From Isurus oxyrinchus (Eukaryota), in the NCBI GenBank assembly GCA_026770705.1, contig JANJGN010000007.1, positions 97,340,001 through 97,404,000 on the forward strand: a stretch of 64,000 nucleotides of DNA, read 5' to 3'. Below are positions 12,555 to 27,140 of the stretch, piece after piece. Both the position numbers and the translations under genes were made by a program. The notes under the pieces were generated by a model that was not told the DNA's origin, ran no database searches, and saw nothing but the letters and a program-made list of their open reading frames with translations. Within the stretch, counting starts at the first letter, position 1. Each line of letters starts with the position of its first letter.

Positions 12555-13130
12555 TTTTCTTCTTATTGTGTCCAAGAACAGTCTATACATGGCTCAGCCA
12601 GAACTGGGCACATGTTTGCACCTTGTTGAATTCGGCAAGATCTGCAAAACTGCAGGGTTCCTCTAGCGAATAAGTATTGCACGAGATGTGCATAGTCTGT
12701 GGCTCAGTTCCACATTCATTAGTTGTCGGGCTGTTTGTATATCCACATTTGTTTAGTGACACCTTTGAACGACCTACATCAGTCCTAAGTCTGTTAAGGC
12801 ACGTCCAGGTTGCCCAGTTGCAATTAACTCCTGGGGGAAGGCTTTCATCCGATAGAATTTCCATCACTGGGGGTTGTTCGAGACTGGTGAACCGATCTTT
12901 CCACAAGGCGATGCGAGCTTCAGATGGGGTTGACTGTAATGGAACAACACTGTTCATGAAGCTATTCCATGACTTTAGGTGGCTGGGTGTAGGTATATGA
13001 CCATGTAGAGGGTGCCTCTCATCTGATGTTTGACGGACTCACTCTTTCTTGCTGGCTACCGTTCTTCTTAAATCAGGGGGAGCGATACCCACCAGGATAT
13101 ATAGGCTGTTGGTGTTTATTGGTTTTAAGT
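12555..13130 (-). mobile_element. Non-LTR retrotransposon 3' fragment (Vingi/RTE-like)
   Basis: C-terminal motif WTCLNRLRTDVGRSK...ECGTEPQTMHI and 3' tail gacacaataagaagaaaa. Confidence 0.7.
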
Positions 13131-13469
13131 TGGTGCAAGGCTATTGTATCTCACTCTAACTTTCTGTGCCTCTAAAATATGTTTTATTTCACAGTCTCCG
13201 CACAGCAGGTTGTCTCTTCTCACACATTGCTACATTTCCCCTTTTGTCAGCTGCATAGCCATTCTGCTTCTTTTCCAAATTTGGAACGATAAGAAATTTG
13301 GTCAATGAAGGTCGACAATTACTTCCCCATTTTTTTTCTACCTGCCAAACATCCTTAGCCAGCGGGTAATGACTTTGGGAACAAATACAACATATGTGTA
13401 ACATCAACAATATGTCAGCAATCGTACTTAAGTTAGTGATCATTAATTAGCAAGAAAGCTTGAAGTCAT

Positions 13470-14660
13470 GTCTCGCAGGATTTATAAAGAAGGGTTTACC
13501 GTAATATTATAACTTTGATTGAATATGGGGAGGTAGCAGTTTTGGAAAGGTAGAAAATGTTACAAGAAAAAATGTCAGAATAATAGGGATGGTCATTTAA
13601 AACCGCTGGTGAGTAATGTTTCAAACACAATAATCATGGAAATATAACCACGCATTTGGAAGGGCTTGAATGTATTATCCAGAAGGTGCACCGATTTGTA
13701 AAAGCCAGGTCCAGTTGCATTAATCAAATTGATTTTGATGACACAAATGAAAGATTGATAAAGGGAATGCAGTGAATGCTTTCTGCATTTATTTTATGAA
13801 AGTTTTTGAGAAATTATCACATCCAAAGTTCGCTTTAAAACATGTAGGAGGTGACGGCTGTGGCCAGTGTCAACTTAGAGAAAAAAACGGGTTAAGGGAA
13901 GAAAATGAACAGCCGTGTTAAGGCTGGAAGCTTATGGAAGGTGCTGTTCCCAAAGCATCAGTGTTAGGGCCATTGTTCTTTTGTTGTTGCTATAGATAAA
14001 TGACGTGGATCTTTGAAAACAGAACAAACGCTTCAAATTTCCGATCATACCAAATTTTGAGATATGGCAAACATTGAGGATGATACTAATCGAAAGCAAC
14101 AAGGTGTAGATAGCCAAGAACAAAGGGCAGATAATTTGCAGATCCATTTCAAAACAGAGAAATCCCAGGTGACACATTCCATACAGAAGGGATGGCGGGA
14201 AATAATACAGAAATAATGGCACATTGCCAACTGGTGTGCAGGAACACAAGGGCCTGGTCGTGCTTGTTGATCTTTGAGAGTGGAAAGACATATTCACAGA
14301 ATAGTTAGAAAGCATGTTGGACTCTGGCGTTCATAAACAGAAGTATTTATTAAAGGAGATAATAATGAACTGGAAGTCTACAAATCGATTTTTTGTGTCC
14401 AACCCTGATCAGTAGTATTTCTTAGGGATGCAACTCTTATTCAAGGGATGCAGATAAGATTTCCGAGAATTGTTCCAGAGATGGATAATATTAGATATCA
14501 CATTGGAGAAGCTAAGGATCTTCTTAGAGCAAAGGAGATTTAGGAGAGTGTTGAGCAAGATGTTAAAGATTATGAAAGCTTTGGAAGATGAACAGAAGAG
14601 ACAAGCTGTTCCCACTAGCTTTTTATACAAGGACTGGGGTGCACATATAATGCTTTTAGC
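13470..14660 (+). mobile_element. Old CR1 RT/3' fragment
   Basis: Degenerate VPQ-SVLGP and downstream CR1-like nucleotide sequence with many stops. Confidence 0.65.
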
Positions 14661-14699
14661 ATAACATATATTGTTATTGGGGGTTATTGAGGTTCAATT

Positions 14700-17230
14700 T
14701 TTTTATTTAATTTAATTACTCTTTCATGGAATGTGGGCCTTACTGGATAGACTATCATTTATTGACCATCCATAATTGCCCAAGAGAACGTGGTGTTGAG
14801 ACGCCCTGAACAACTACAGTCCACGTGCTGTAGGTACAGCTAGAGTGATGTTAGAAATAGTTTCCAGGGCTTATATCCAGCGACAGTGATGGAACGGCTA
14901 TGTAGTTCCAAGTTCCAAGTCAGAGTGATGTAGGACTTGGATGGAAACTTGTGTAGTGGTGTTCACATGCATCTGTTGCCATCGGCCATCTAGATAGTAA
15001 AGGTCGCGAGTTTAGAAGGTACTGATGAAGGAGCCTTGGCGACTTCGAGTATCTTGAACATGGTTCTAAGTGCTGCCTCTACGTTCTGATGGTGGGAGAG
15101 TGAATGGTTTGCCATTAAAGTGAGCCACTTTCCCTCGATTGTGTCCACCTTCTTGAATGTAATTCCAACTGCACTTATCCAAGCAAGTAGAGAGCTTGCA
15201 ATCACGCTCCTGAACTCTGCTTTGTAGATGCTGGACAGGTTTTGGGGAATCACGAGGTGAGTCATTCGACTCAGGTTTCCCAGCTTCTGAGCTCCTATTG
15301 TAGATATAATTTTTACATGGCTGGTCCAGTTCGGCGTCTGGTCAATGGTAACTCTTAGCATGTTGATAGCAGGGGATTTAGCAAATGCAATGCGATTGAA
15401 TATAACGGGGTGAATGTTAGTTCATCTCTTGTTAGAGGTGCGCATTGTCCGGGTCTCGTGGAACAAAATTGTTATTTGCCACTTGTCAACCCAAGTATAA
15501 ATAGTGTCCAGATCTTGCTGAATATGAGCACAGGCTACATCAGTATCTGAAAAGCCACAAAGTGAAGAACTTTGTGCAAGCATCAGCGGACATCCACAGT
15601 TCTGACGTTATGAAGGAGTGGCTGTCGAATATGGTTGGGCTTAGAACTGTATCCTAAGAAACTCCAGCAATGATGTCCTAGGAATGAGATGATTGAGCTC
15701 TAACCGTCATAGCTATCTTCATTTGTGCAAAGTATGGTTAGCGTTAGTGGAGTTTCCACCCGACCCCTCTGCTTCACATTGCCTCCATTCTTGCTGGGGC
15801 TCATTGATTCCACACTCTGGCAAATGCTGCCTTGAATTAAAGGGCAGACGCCCTCACCTCACAACTTGAGTTCAGCTATTTTATCCATGTTTGCATCAAA
15901 CTTCTCATGAGGAGAGGGGGCGAACGACCCTTTTGGAAACCAAACTGAGCATGAGTAGGCGCGAGTTATTGTTGAGTCGGAGCCGCTTGATAGCACTGAC
16001 GCTGACACCATCTTTCACATTGCTGATGATTGGGAGTGGACTGGTGGAGCCAGGGTATGATTTGTCCTCCTGTTTGTGGACAGGCCCTCCCTGGAAAATT
16101 TTCCACAACTGTATGTTGGCTGCCCTGGAACTGGTTCGTTAAATGTGCAACTAGTTCTGCAGCAAAAAGCCTTCAGCACAATTGGCGAATGTTGTCAGGG
16201 TGCATAGCCATTGCACTGTCAAGTGCCTTCAACCGTTACTGATATTATCTGGACCCACTGTTATTTGCTGAAGATTGTAACCTCTATAGCTGCACACAAC
16301 AAAGTGGAGCCGAGATTTGTCATCCATTCGAAAGTTATGGTTGAAAATTGTTGAAAATGCTGCACCAAAGTGTTGGGCTCCCCCTCCATTGAAAATCAGG
16401 ACATTTCTGCAGTTTCCTTCCCCAGTTAGTTGTTTAATTTCCAACACCAACCACTCTAGAGCTTAGACTTGATCCATTGGCTCTGGGATCGCTCAGCTCT
16501 GTCTATTGTACGCGCTTCCACTGTTTGGCATTCATGTCGCCCTGTGTTTTAGCTTCAACAGTTTGACAATTCATTTTTAAGTATGTATGCATGTCCTCCT
16601 GCACTCTTCATTACGTAGTGTGATTGCACTCTATTGATGCTAACGGTAGGTTGAGAATTTGCCGAACTTTGATGTTATGCATTGTGGTTGAATACAAGTC
16701 TGCTGATACTAATGGCACATGGCACCTCATGGATGACGAGTTTTGAGTTGCTAGATCATTTTGATATGTGCCACACAATATGATGCATAGCATTTTCAAG
16801 GTGAAGATGGGACTTCTACTCCACAAGTGTTGCTCGTCACTACCAATATTGTGACAGACGGATGCATCTATCTCAAGTGGATTGGTTATGACTAGGTCAA
16901 GTCGGTTTTTCCCTCTTGTTGATTCCTTCATCAGCTGTCGCAGACCATGCCTAATTGTTCTGCCCTTTAGTTTTCGGCCTGCTCTGTCAGTAGTGGTTTT
17001 ACTCAAGCCACTCTAGGTGGTGGACATTGAAGCCTCCAAGCAGAGGACATTCTATGTCCTGTCACCCTCAAATCTTCTCCCAATTGGTGTTCAACATGCA
17101 CAACTACGAATTCATTAGCTGAGGTGGTTATGCAGTTTGTCGTAATCAACAGGAGATCCCCTTGCCTATTTTGGAGCAAGTACCATGAGACTTCAAGGGG
17201 TCTGGAATCAATGGGAAGAATCAGTGCAGA
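14700..17230 (-). mobile_element. CR1/L2-group LINE, APE-RT remnant
   Basis: TRGKNRLDLVITN (APE), YPGSTSPLPIIS and VTIDQTPNWTSHV (RT-associated); T-rich 3' end at about 14700. Confidence 0.8.
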
Positions 17231-17489
17231 TTTGCACAAAGTGTGATAGCAGGTGGGAAAAATAATATGCTACTTGTCAACGGCAATGGCAGATTTTTGC
17301 ACCGTATGGTCCCGTTCCTGCCAAATCAATAATGCATTCCTGGGAAACATGGCTGATCGCTGGTGGGGCGGCGTCTGGTTTGCCAACCTCGCTGTCACCT
17401 CAGGCCTTCAGTAATCTGGGCGCCATATTTAAAGGACCCCCCTGTACAGAGCTAGCACTCTCTAAGGTATCAGATGCTGCTAGAAAGTC

Positions 17490-17726
17490 ATGGCTGCCAA
17501 TTGAAGGAAACATGCTGCTCCCAAATTTAGCAACAGCTCCCTCCGGCGCCTACTGGGTGCTGTGGAAGCCCACAGTGAAGTCCTCTGCTCCCACTCTGGG
17601 TGAAGACCAGCAGGCAATGTCACCAATCCAGCATGGGAGGCGGAGGCAGCAGCAGCACAATGTCCTGCAAAAGAGGACAGCCACCCAGTGCCAAAGTGGT
17701 TGAGTGATATCCTTCGTTCAGCCAGG
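17490..17726 (+). pseudogene. Harbinger Myb/SANT-like DNA-binding gene, first exon (frameshifted)
   Basis: AAPKFSNSSLRRLLGAVEAHSEVL...AWEA...KRTATQC..DILRSAR followed by a gtaatt donor. Confidence 0.65.
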
Positions 17727-18208
17727 GTAATTCACTCTTCTCATCACTTTCAACTCACATACTCACAAACAAAGCACCCACCCACAGGGATCTCAGAGAT
17801 TGACCATTCAATAGACTTCACCATTCACTCGCCTACACACCTTCATCTGCCCTGTCGGCCATGTCCTCATCCCAGCCATGACAGCTCTCATCACAACACA
17901 TGCTAGGCATTCTTATCATCTGGACTAGCAGACGTCCTGCCAACATTCTCTGCATATGTATTCATGCAGGACAAGCTGGCCCAATACAGGGAGACATTGC
18001 AGTTTAGCTCCGGAATGCCTGACATCAAGATCCTCATAGACTTTACAAATAGTAATCGATTTGGCCGGCAACAACCTAGACCATTCCTGTGCTGGTGGCG
18101 AGATTGACGGTGGGTGCACAATGATGTGAGGAGCCAGCAGTGCAAGGTCCATCATACAACCATGTTGAGAGTCAGTGCCAATGTTCCATTAGCCCCTGCC
18201 ATGCAGTA

Positions 18209-18587
18209 ATCACAGATCACAGAATCACAGACTTTTAATGGCTGAGGAGACCAATTGGCCGTCCTGTCTGCACCGGCTCTCCAAATGGGCATGTTGAACT
18301 AGTGCCATTGCCTGGCCTTTTCCCCATACATTGTTTCTATTCAAATAATCATCAATCTCTCACTTGAAAGCCTCTATTGAACCTAGACCCACCACACTTC
18401 CGGGCAGTGCATTCCAGACCCGAAGCACTCGTTGTGTGAGGAAGTATTTTTCTTCCCATCACATTGCTTATTTTTCAAATCATTTTAAATATGTGTCCTC
18501 TAGTTCTTGGTCCTTTTACGAGTGGGAACGGTTTCTCCATATCTACTCTGTCTAGTCCCCTTATGATTTTGAACATCTCTAATTCGC
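18209..18587 (-). mobile_element. Short CR1 3' end
   Basis: (cacagaat)-type tail and probable short TSD taatca. Confidence 0.8.
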
Positions 18588-19619
18588 TAATCAGTACTTG
18601 ACTTCCTTGCTTTCACAGGCACCTCTGAGAAGCAGCTAAGGCAGCCCATGACCAGAATGCTCGACTCAAACCCCGCAGATATTTCGGAAGAAGGATCTGA
18701 TGACATCCCAATTGAAGACCTGTCAGAGCACTGACCCACACCTTCTACCAGCACAGGGACAAACATGTCATTGAGACGTAGCTCTAGTGTAGACTCGGGG
18801 TGCAAATCTGTTAAGCAGATATCTGATCCACAGCAGGCAACGAAGCAACTTTTCAGTTTTCTTGCACTTTGAGTACATCTGGAGGCCAGACACCCATTGA
18901 ATCCGAGTCATGCAAGGAGCATCTGGACTCTCAATTGGTCGCCAATTGGTCTCCTCAGCCATTAAAAGTCTGTGATTCTGTGATCTGTGATTACTGCATG
19001 GCAGGGGCTAATGGAACATGTCTCAGTTGCTTGATCTGCAAAGGAAAGCTCGGGAACATTAAGAAGGGATGTCTGGCGCACTCCTCGGATTTCAAGGCAA
19101 AATGTAGGAATCCATCTGCCTTCAGTCTGAGGGTCCAGGACATCGCTCTTCCACTGCTGCAAGGGCTGAACTCCATCACTGACATCATAGTTGGCCATCA
19201 ATAGTTTCAATACGAGAGTGGTGTAGGAATGCTCAATCTCACTCCAGCTTTCCTTTCTACTCAGGAAGGCCAGCAGGGGCCGTCAGCCGCTATAAGAGAG
19301 GAGGGTCGGCTGGTACAAAACCCAAGGCCATTAATCCAGTTGGCAACTCGAGTACCTGGTTCATCCAAATCCCCTCAGCCCGTGACTCCAGCCAGCAGCT
19401 CCAGCTCGACAGCCCGAAGTGAAGTGCCACTGCCACACAGCCAAACCCGGAAAGCAAGCTGGGGGCCTTCAGGTGTCGGGCCTCCATAGGACTCCCGTCA
19501 TCACAGGCAAGGACATCACAGGCAAGTTGCAACAGTCAGCAGGCGGCCTCCAGCTCAGCTGTGGGTGCCAGGGTAGCGCCAAGATGTAGCAGCAGGGTAA
19601 GTAAGCTTAAGATTATGTG

Positions 19620-22600
19620 ACTCTTTGGAGTCAAACAATTAAAATAATTTACCAAAATGAGATATAAGTTAAACGCAGTCGCTAAGTTAGAGTCATTGCA
19701 AAACCACAGGTTTAGAATATGGGGCTCTTTTTTTTAAGCCAACCAAATAAACTAAATTAACAAAATGAGAGATAAAATAAACACAGCCCCTAAATTAGGT
19801 GAACATGAAAAAAACAAAGACAAAGTTTAAAGAAAACTTACAAACGTCAAATCAAAATGTAATTAAGAGGGTCGATAAAGCACCCCAGCTGCCGTGGTGC
19901 CCACTGGGCATAGAAGGCCTCGAAGGTGCCGGCAGACAATGAATGCTCCCTCTCCAAGGACACACAGCCATGAACGTAGCCGTGGAAGAGTGGCAAACAG
20001 TCAGGTAGGACAACACACTCGATCACCTGCTGTCTGGACCTGTTGACGGCTAAATTGGCCTAGTCCAGCAGCAGTTTCACGAGGAGGTCCTCCTTCTGAG
20101 CCCCGTATCTCAGGAAGGATGTTCTAGCCCTGGGGAGGGTGCAGAGGAGTCCACAAGAACGATCTCAAGAATGAAAAGCTTAACATATGACGAACATTTG
20201 AGAACTCTGGGTCTATACTCGATGGCGTTTAGAAGGGTGAGGGACAATCTGATTTAAACTTACAGAATGCCGAATGGACTGGATAGTGTGGACGTGGGGA
20301 AGATGTTTCCATTAGTAGGAAAGACTAGGACCCAAGAGCACAGCCTCAAAATAAAGGGAAGACCTTTTTGAACAGAAATGAGGAGAAACCTCTTTAGCCA
20401 GTGAGTCATGAATCTATGGAATTCTAAGCCACAGAAGGCTGTGGAGTCCAGGGGATTGAGTGTATTTAAGACCGAGATAGGTTCTTGATTGGTAAGGAGA
20501 TCAAAGGTTATGGGGCGATGGCAGGAGAATGGGGTTGAGAAACATAACAGCCATGATTGAATGGTGGAGCAGACTCGATAGGCCAAATGGCCTAATTTCT
20601 GCTCCTATGTCTTATGCTCTTACGGTCTAACCAGCAAATTCTACAACTGTAGGGGACTGCTGCATGCAGCACCCTCCATCCCAGTTGCCCCATGGACAGC
20701 AGGAGGAAACTCTGTAGCAGGAATCCCAACAGGGACCTCCACCGCCAGATGGGAACAGAGCACGTCAGGGCTGGGCGGCAGGAGAGAGCAAGGAAGTGAA
20801 GGGTGTGCAGCAGCAGTCCACACAGGAAAGTCCTCCGCGCCCTGCTGAATGACACGGAGGGCAATTCTGTGAGGCAGCTCATATTTTTGCGGGTCACCAG
20901 CTCCCTAGGGAGGTTTCGGGTGCTCGGGGCCTATGTGCAATTCTGTCTGAACAGGGGCAAGCTCTGATGGAAGAACACTGTGCACCTGAGCCAATTCAAG
21001 ATCCAGTATGACATTAGGGCCGAGCACGTCCGTTTTGACGTCTTGAATGGCACCAGCCGTGAGCTGAATGCCCGCAGATGCACGCGCACCAACTCCTGTC
21101 GACGCAGCCTGCCCACTCGTCCGGCATCCAGCACATCCCCTATCCTGGTCCCACTAGCAGCGACAGCCCTCCTCTCTGCCAGCCTTTGAAATGGATGGAG
21201 GGGTTGGATTGCTGAGCAGTGGCTCTCTCAAGATAGCCGCTGCTCCTGACAGTGGAGAGCTGTGTCGCAAGATGACCATGTTCCAGACATTCATCAGGTA
21301 CTGGTAATAGATGGGCAATGCTTGCATGGAGCGATGAAGGCCCCTCTGGTCTATAAATACGAGCTGCACATCGTAATTGAGGCTGTGCACCTGGCAGAAG
21401 AAACACGTCGCTGGGGCACACTATCTTGGAGGAGGCTCAATGCAAATGTTTCGCTGCAGGGCGTCAAGCTGGAAAATCACCACCTGGTTGCTTAGGCACA
21501 CCAGCTCCTGATAGCCCTCCCTAAGCCGGAGACTCAGAACATCAGCAGAGACCCAGTGCATTCTTTTGACCTATAAGAAGTCGAAGAGCATTCTCTGGAT
21601 TTTCATGACAAATTCCAGGAGGAGTCAAAGTGGCCCGCTGGTACCACAACATAGCAGCAATCGCGTGGTTTATGACCAGAACCCGACCCCAGAAAGATAG
21701 CACTTGGAGCAGTCCTGTCCAGCACTGCAGGCGGGCAGTGATTTTCATCTCCAGTTCTTGCCAATTCGCCTGCCAGGATTCCTCAGCAGGGCACAGATGG
21801 ACCCCCAGGCAGAGGAGACTGGCCCTGCTCCAGGTGAAAGGCCAGAGCTCCTAGATTAGGGGATCTATCTGCTACTGGCCGTCCATGAGTCCAGAACATT
21901 TACCCCAGTTGATCCAGGCAGAAGGCGCAGTAGGGTAGAGCTCGTGGCAATTGCGCAGCCCCCGCCAGTCAGGCGGGTCATTAAATATAAGGAGCACATC
22001 ATCTGTGTAAGCCTAAAGGACCACGCCAATGCCCGGTCTATGCATAACCAATCCCAACAAACTCCTCCACAAGAGGCGCATGAAAGCCTACACCTAAATA
22101 GAATACAAAAGGCCAGACAGGGGGCAGCCCTGATGCACTCCTCTCCCAAAGCGAAGGGCTGCCATTAGGGTCCCATTACACTTAACTAGACACTCAGCGG
22201 CACTGTATAGAAGTCGGATCCAGGCAACAAAATGCAACCCAAACACGAATTCTGGCAGTGTTCCGATTAAATATTTGTGATCCACCCCGTCAAATACCTT
22301 CTCCTGATCAAGAGACACAAAGACGTTGGACAGAGCAGCCCTCTGGGAATAATGGACAATGTTTCAGACCAAATGGATGTTATCAAAAATGGTGTGGTCC
22401 AGGAGAGTAAAGGACTGGTCACCGTGGATCATGTGGTCCAGCACGGTGCCAAGCCTAGAAGCCATGACCCTGGCAAAAATTTAGTAATCTGTGCTGAGAA
22501 GGGACACCAGGCACTAGTTTTTTAGAAGGCAGAGATCCCCGTTCTTAGTCAGCCGGCCATTCACGGCCCTGCACCACGAAAGTGGCATCTCCCCAGTTGC

Positions 22601-25600
22601 AATACTTTCCCCCAGGACCCCCGCGTAGTCGCTCCCGAGGATGTCCCAGAATGCCCTGAACAACTCCACGGTGAGCCTCTCCAGCCCCGGGGATTGTCCC
22701 CTAGAGGCTGTCAAAAGTGCTGGTCAGCTCTGCCAGACTTATATGGGAGTCAAGCATTCCGGTGCCCTCCGGCCGACCTGCAGCAGGTTCTCCCACAAAA
22801 CTCTGTGAGCATCCTCGCTGGATGGATCCGGAGAGAAGAGGCCAGTATAGAAGGTTCTGGCAATAGCACTGACGCCCTCTGGATACGAGAAATGGGATCC
22901 GTCATCAACCAGCAGCGCAAGGAGCTGCTGACAGACCCTGTGCCTTTTTTCCAGCAAATAGCAGAAGGAGGAGCCATGGTCCAGGTCCTGGATAAACTGG
23001 ATCAGTGACCTCACGAATGTGCCATGAGGCCCGATGAGTTGCAGGTCCTGCAGATCACCATTCTTCTCATCGTACACTGACTGCAGGGCAGGGTACCCAT
23101 CGGGTTGATGGGGAAATGCCTCCATTTCGAGCACCTCCTTCTTCAATTCCTCGACCCTGGATTTCCACCTCTTTGACCACACCCTTGCGCACTCCTGACA
23201 GAAAACCTGGACGTGAGTATTGCCCAAGTCCAACCATAGACTCAGGAAGTGGAGGACACCGCAGTTCCTTCTCCAGACGGCCTTGAAACGACAAACCAAG
23301 TCCAGGAACCACTCGTCCTCGAGCAGCAGGTGGTTAAAGTGCTAGTGCGCAGATTCCGTCCGAGTGCAGAACGAACAGGGCTCTGCCCATACCAGATGGT
23401 TGTCTATGCATGGCACCCACCACACAGAAACTGAGGGAACGCAGGACACCTAGGCCCTTGAAACATAAAGGTGGTAGAGTTTGGATGCTACGACTCCAGG
23501 TAACACAATGGTGAAAATGTTGGAGTCAGGATGACATTTTGCCAGACATCCACCAAGTCAAAGGACCCGACCAGGACACACAACTTACTAACAACCTCGC
23601 TATGGTGCTGGGCACAGTGACAGTCCTGGGCTTCGAAGGTGCAGTTGAAATCCCGCTCGAGGACGAGTACTCACCCGCGTCAATGGAGCCAAGATCAGCG
23701 GGCACTTCCTCAAAGAAGCTCGCCTGCAGCTGCACGGCGAGGGGAGCAAACACATTCACAAAGTGAAGTGCCGCATCCCCCAGGTGCACACTAAGGTGCA
23801 GCAACCAGCCTGGCATTAGCTCCTTGATCCCCAAGAACTCCAGCTGAAAATGTGGGGCCAAAAGGATAGCCACCCCACCAGAATTGGAGGCAAGGTGACT
23901 AATGTAGACCTACTCTCCTCGCCTCCAGGAGCCAAGTGGCTTTGCTTCCTAGAATGGTTTGGGTTTGCCACAGGAAGCACAGAGCATACTTCATGTCCCA
24001 GAAGACCACAAAGTTCTGGAACCTGCACTGTGTGGCACTGCTGCGGATGTTGAGGCTGGCTATGATAGTCTTCATTCTCACAAGTATGTGCAACCATCAC
24101 CTGAGATAAAAGAAGGAGAGGACTTTTGTTAAGCCTTCCTCTCCTTCAGGAGCCCAGCGGGAAATGTATGTACCCTCCAGCGCATGTTCCTGTCCAATTT
24201 GGTGATCTTGTGTGCCTCACGAGTGGACCAGAACACCAGCAGAAAAGAATACCAGCAGTGCAGGGCCAAATGAACTCTGTCTCGGTGACCACAATGCTCG
24301 GTAAAATGTCCTGGAGCTCCCATACAGGGATGAGAGGAGAGTGAGCTGGGGGCACCAGATGATCCACCACCACACCCGATATCGACTCTAGGTCATCCCT
24401 GGTGCTCACCACTGAAACTCCGTCGTTCTCCAGGTTGTCGCCTCCAGCTTCCAAACCCTCCACCATATTGAGTACAGGGGCTGGTATACAGCTGCCAGTC
24501 AGCTCCAGCTCTACCTCGATTCCACCCACAGGATCAAAGCCAGAGGCGTCCTCTCTGGTCTCCACTATAGGTTTTGCGTCAGAGGGCAGTGGCATTTCGG
24601 AACCCGCTCCCCACCTGCACCGCACACCCCCCAACCACCCTGCCAAAGCCACTGGGTCATCCAGCAAGCTCAGGAGAAGCTCCTGACCTAAAACAAGGAT
24701 GCACAGTGCTAAAGGTTGGGAGGGCACAGGACGGCCTTCTTCACCACCACTACCCAATGACCCACTTGTAGAAATTAAAAATGGGGTGCCGTAGACCCCG
24801 ACGGGCCAGATAATATCTCGGGGTATTAAGTGGGTCTTTGAGTGGAACCTCCTCAAGGGAGGTACCCAGAGTGACCACCGAGGGGCCCTGCTCAGTGGAC
24901 TGCGGCAAGGTGTTGTGGGAAACAATAGGGACAGGGGAGTGGGGTTGCCCCAGATGGATGAGTGAGGATTTCAATTGTGGAGATGCCACCACCGATTCAC
25001 CAGGGGAGGGGAAACACCCAGCCTGTTCAGCCTGGATGTCCCCCTCATCCTCTTCCTCCTCCCAGGAGTGACATCTCTTCTGGAGTAGACTGGGGGCACC
25101 TCCATTTGTGAGGCCTCCTCCACCTCGTCAAGCCCTCCTGGATGCTCCACCCTCTGGGGTTTGGGCAAGTTCACACTTTTTAACAAGACCAACACCTTGG
25201 GGTCCCTTGTATCACCACCGCTGGCCCCGGGAACACACACAGAGACGACGCCGGGCCTAGCATATTGCACTTCAGCACACATGGCCTGGGAGGATGCACA
25301 GAGATGACACCGGGGCCGGATGTTTGAATTTCCCCCGAGGAGGTGTCTTCAAGGCGTTAGAGGTTCGAGGTGTTCTGGGGGCTTTGGGGAGTCTCGGGGG
25401 CTGCCCTCAAGTTGCGGGACTTCCTCTGCGTCCTCCTATGGCCCAGGACCTCTTCCCTCACCTCAATGGCAGCCGAGATGGTGGTGGCTATCAGCGACAC
25501 CTTCCATTCCTGGGAGGCAGATTGAGTGGTAGTGGAGGGAGGACCAGCGGTGCCAGCTGTGGCTGCTTGGATGGAGTTGGCATCTCTGGAGATGAGACAG

Positions 25601-27140
25601 TTTTTCTAAGGTACTCCACCTCCTTGAAAGCATGGAACCTCATGCCATCCGCTGTCGAAAAGACCCGGTAGGCAGAATCCTCAAAATCTATTGAAAAGAG
25701 CACCTCCATGCACTCCACTCGGGCCAATCATTTGAAAATCTGGCGCCAGAAGGAGGACACGTGGTGGAGGGCCGTGTCTTGCATGCCGAACAGGATCGTG
25801 CCTACCCCAGACCTGACGTCCTCCATTTGATGGAGGTGGGGAGCAGGGGCTCACTGGAGACAAAAGGTGGGACATTTCATATTTTGAGTCTCTGGGAGGT
25901 GGTCTCAAGGTGGTCCACCGCCAGAAAGGTCCTGTCCACAGTGAGCCCCTTTTGCAGGGCCAGGTGCACCATCTGCTCGGACCTCCAGAAAAGATGGCTT
26001 TGCCGCACATCTTTGAGGTGGCGACTGTGGCTGAGGATGCCGATGACCCCAGCCATAGCCCTTACACATGCCTCAATTGTCATCTCGGAATGGGTGTAGC
26101 CCTTCATCCCAAAAGCATTGGTGAAGATGCGGAAATGTGATGGGGCCCTGGGAGCAGCAGGGGCCACAGAAGCAGCTGCCCCTGGTAGGTTTCTCTGGGG
26201 GTCCCCACCATCGGTGATAGCACCATCTCCACACTTGCCCTGGAAGACCCGGCCACAGGTGACCCTGTTGTATTTGTCTTAGGGGCTGTGCCATACCCAC
26301 CCCAAGAAGTATTTGTAATAATATTAATAATTAATGGCTCTGTGCCACCCTGAGGGAGAAGTGGAGAAAGGTAGCTTAGCCTCCCCCTCTGAGATGTTAG
26401 TAGAGGAGTGCAGAGGAGGGAGAGGGGTAGAGGAGAGAGAGGCACAGGAGGAAAACGGGAAGGTATAGGTGGGTACCTTGATGGGAAATGAATGACAGGT
26501 GGGGGCCTTGATGATCTTCTGTCAGGGGGAGGGCGATGTCTTCACCATGCAGCCGGTACTGCCTGAAACACAGGACTAAGGCCTGCCCCTCTTTACCAGG
26601 CAGCACCAGCTGCCAGGCTCAGGCTGAGTGATATTCACTGATGGAAAAGGGGGGAGGGGTCGTGGCAAGATTTTACAGACAGACACAATCACCCTTTTTT
26701 CTCCTCCAAGTCTCTAGGGCTGTCTTCTGCCCTCCACCTACAAAACACAGCCCCCACTTGAACAAATATAATTCCAGACAACCACCTAGGATGTTTGAAA
26801 CACAGTCCTGGCCTCCTGGCCTCCCTTTCCAGTAGCAGCATTAAACACAGCAAACAGGAGCAGCAGCAGCTCTTCCTCACTCTCTCTCTCCTCCTTCCTC
26901 TGCAGGCCCCATAGAATGCCTTCCAGTCTCCAATTCCCCTGGCAATGGAAGGTAATGGTGATGATAACAAAACAGAAGGCTTCTTGAGGCAGGCAGAAGA
27001 ATTGGAATAATAAAGTAGTAGTATTCACTAGCAGGCAGGAGCACAAAGCCAGAGCACCCTACTCTCCTCAGTCTCTGGCTGCAACTGGAGCAACAACGAG
27101 CAGGACACGTGCCACAGGTGAGAGCAATCGAGGAGATGCA
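19620..27140 (-). mobile_element. Near full-length Tx1-clade LINE (ORF1 about 24100-26300; ORF2 APE-RT about 19860-24080), frameshifted
   Basis: APE IASLNIR; RT SLDQEKVFDGVDHKYL, GVHQGCPLSGLLY, SPGLERLTVELFRAFW; Tx1-type ORF1 MTIEACVRAMAGVIG. Confidence 0.88.
20100..20630 (+). mobile_element. CR1 3' end inserted in Tx1 ORF2
   Basis: CR1 3' UTR ending cctaatttctgctcctatgtcttatgctcttacggtct. Confidence 0.85.
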
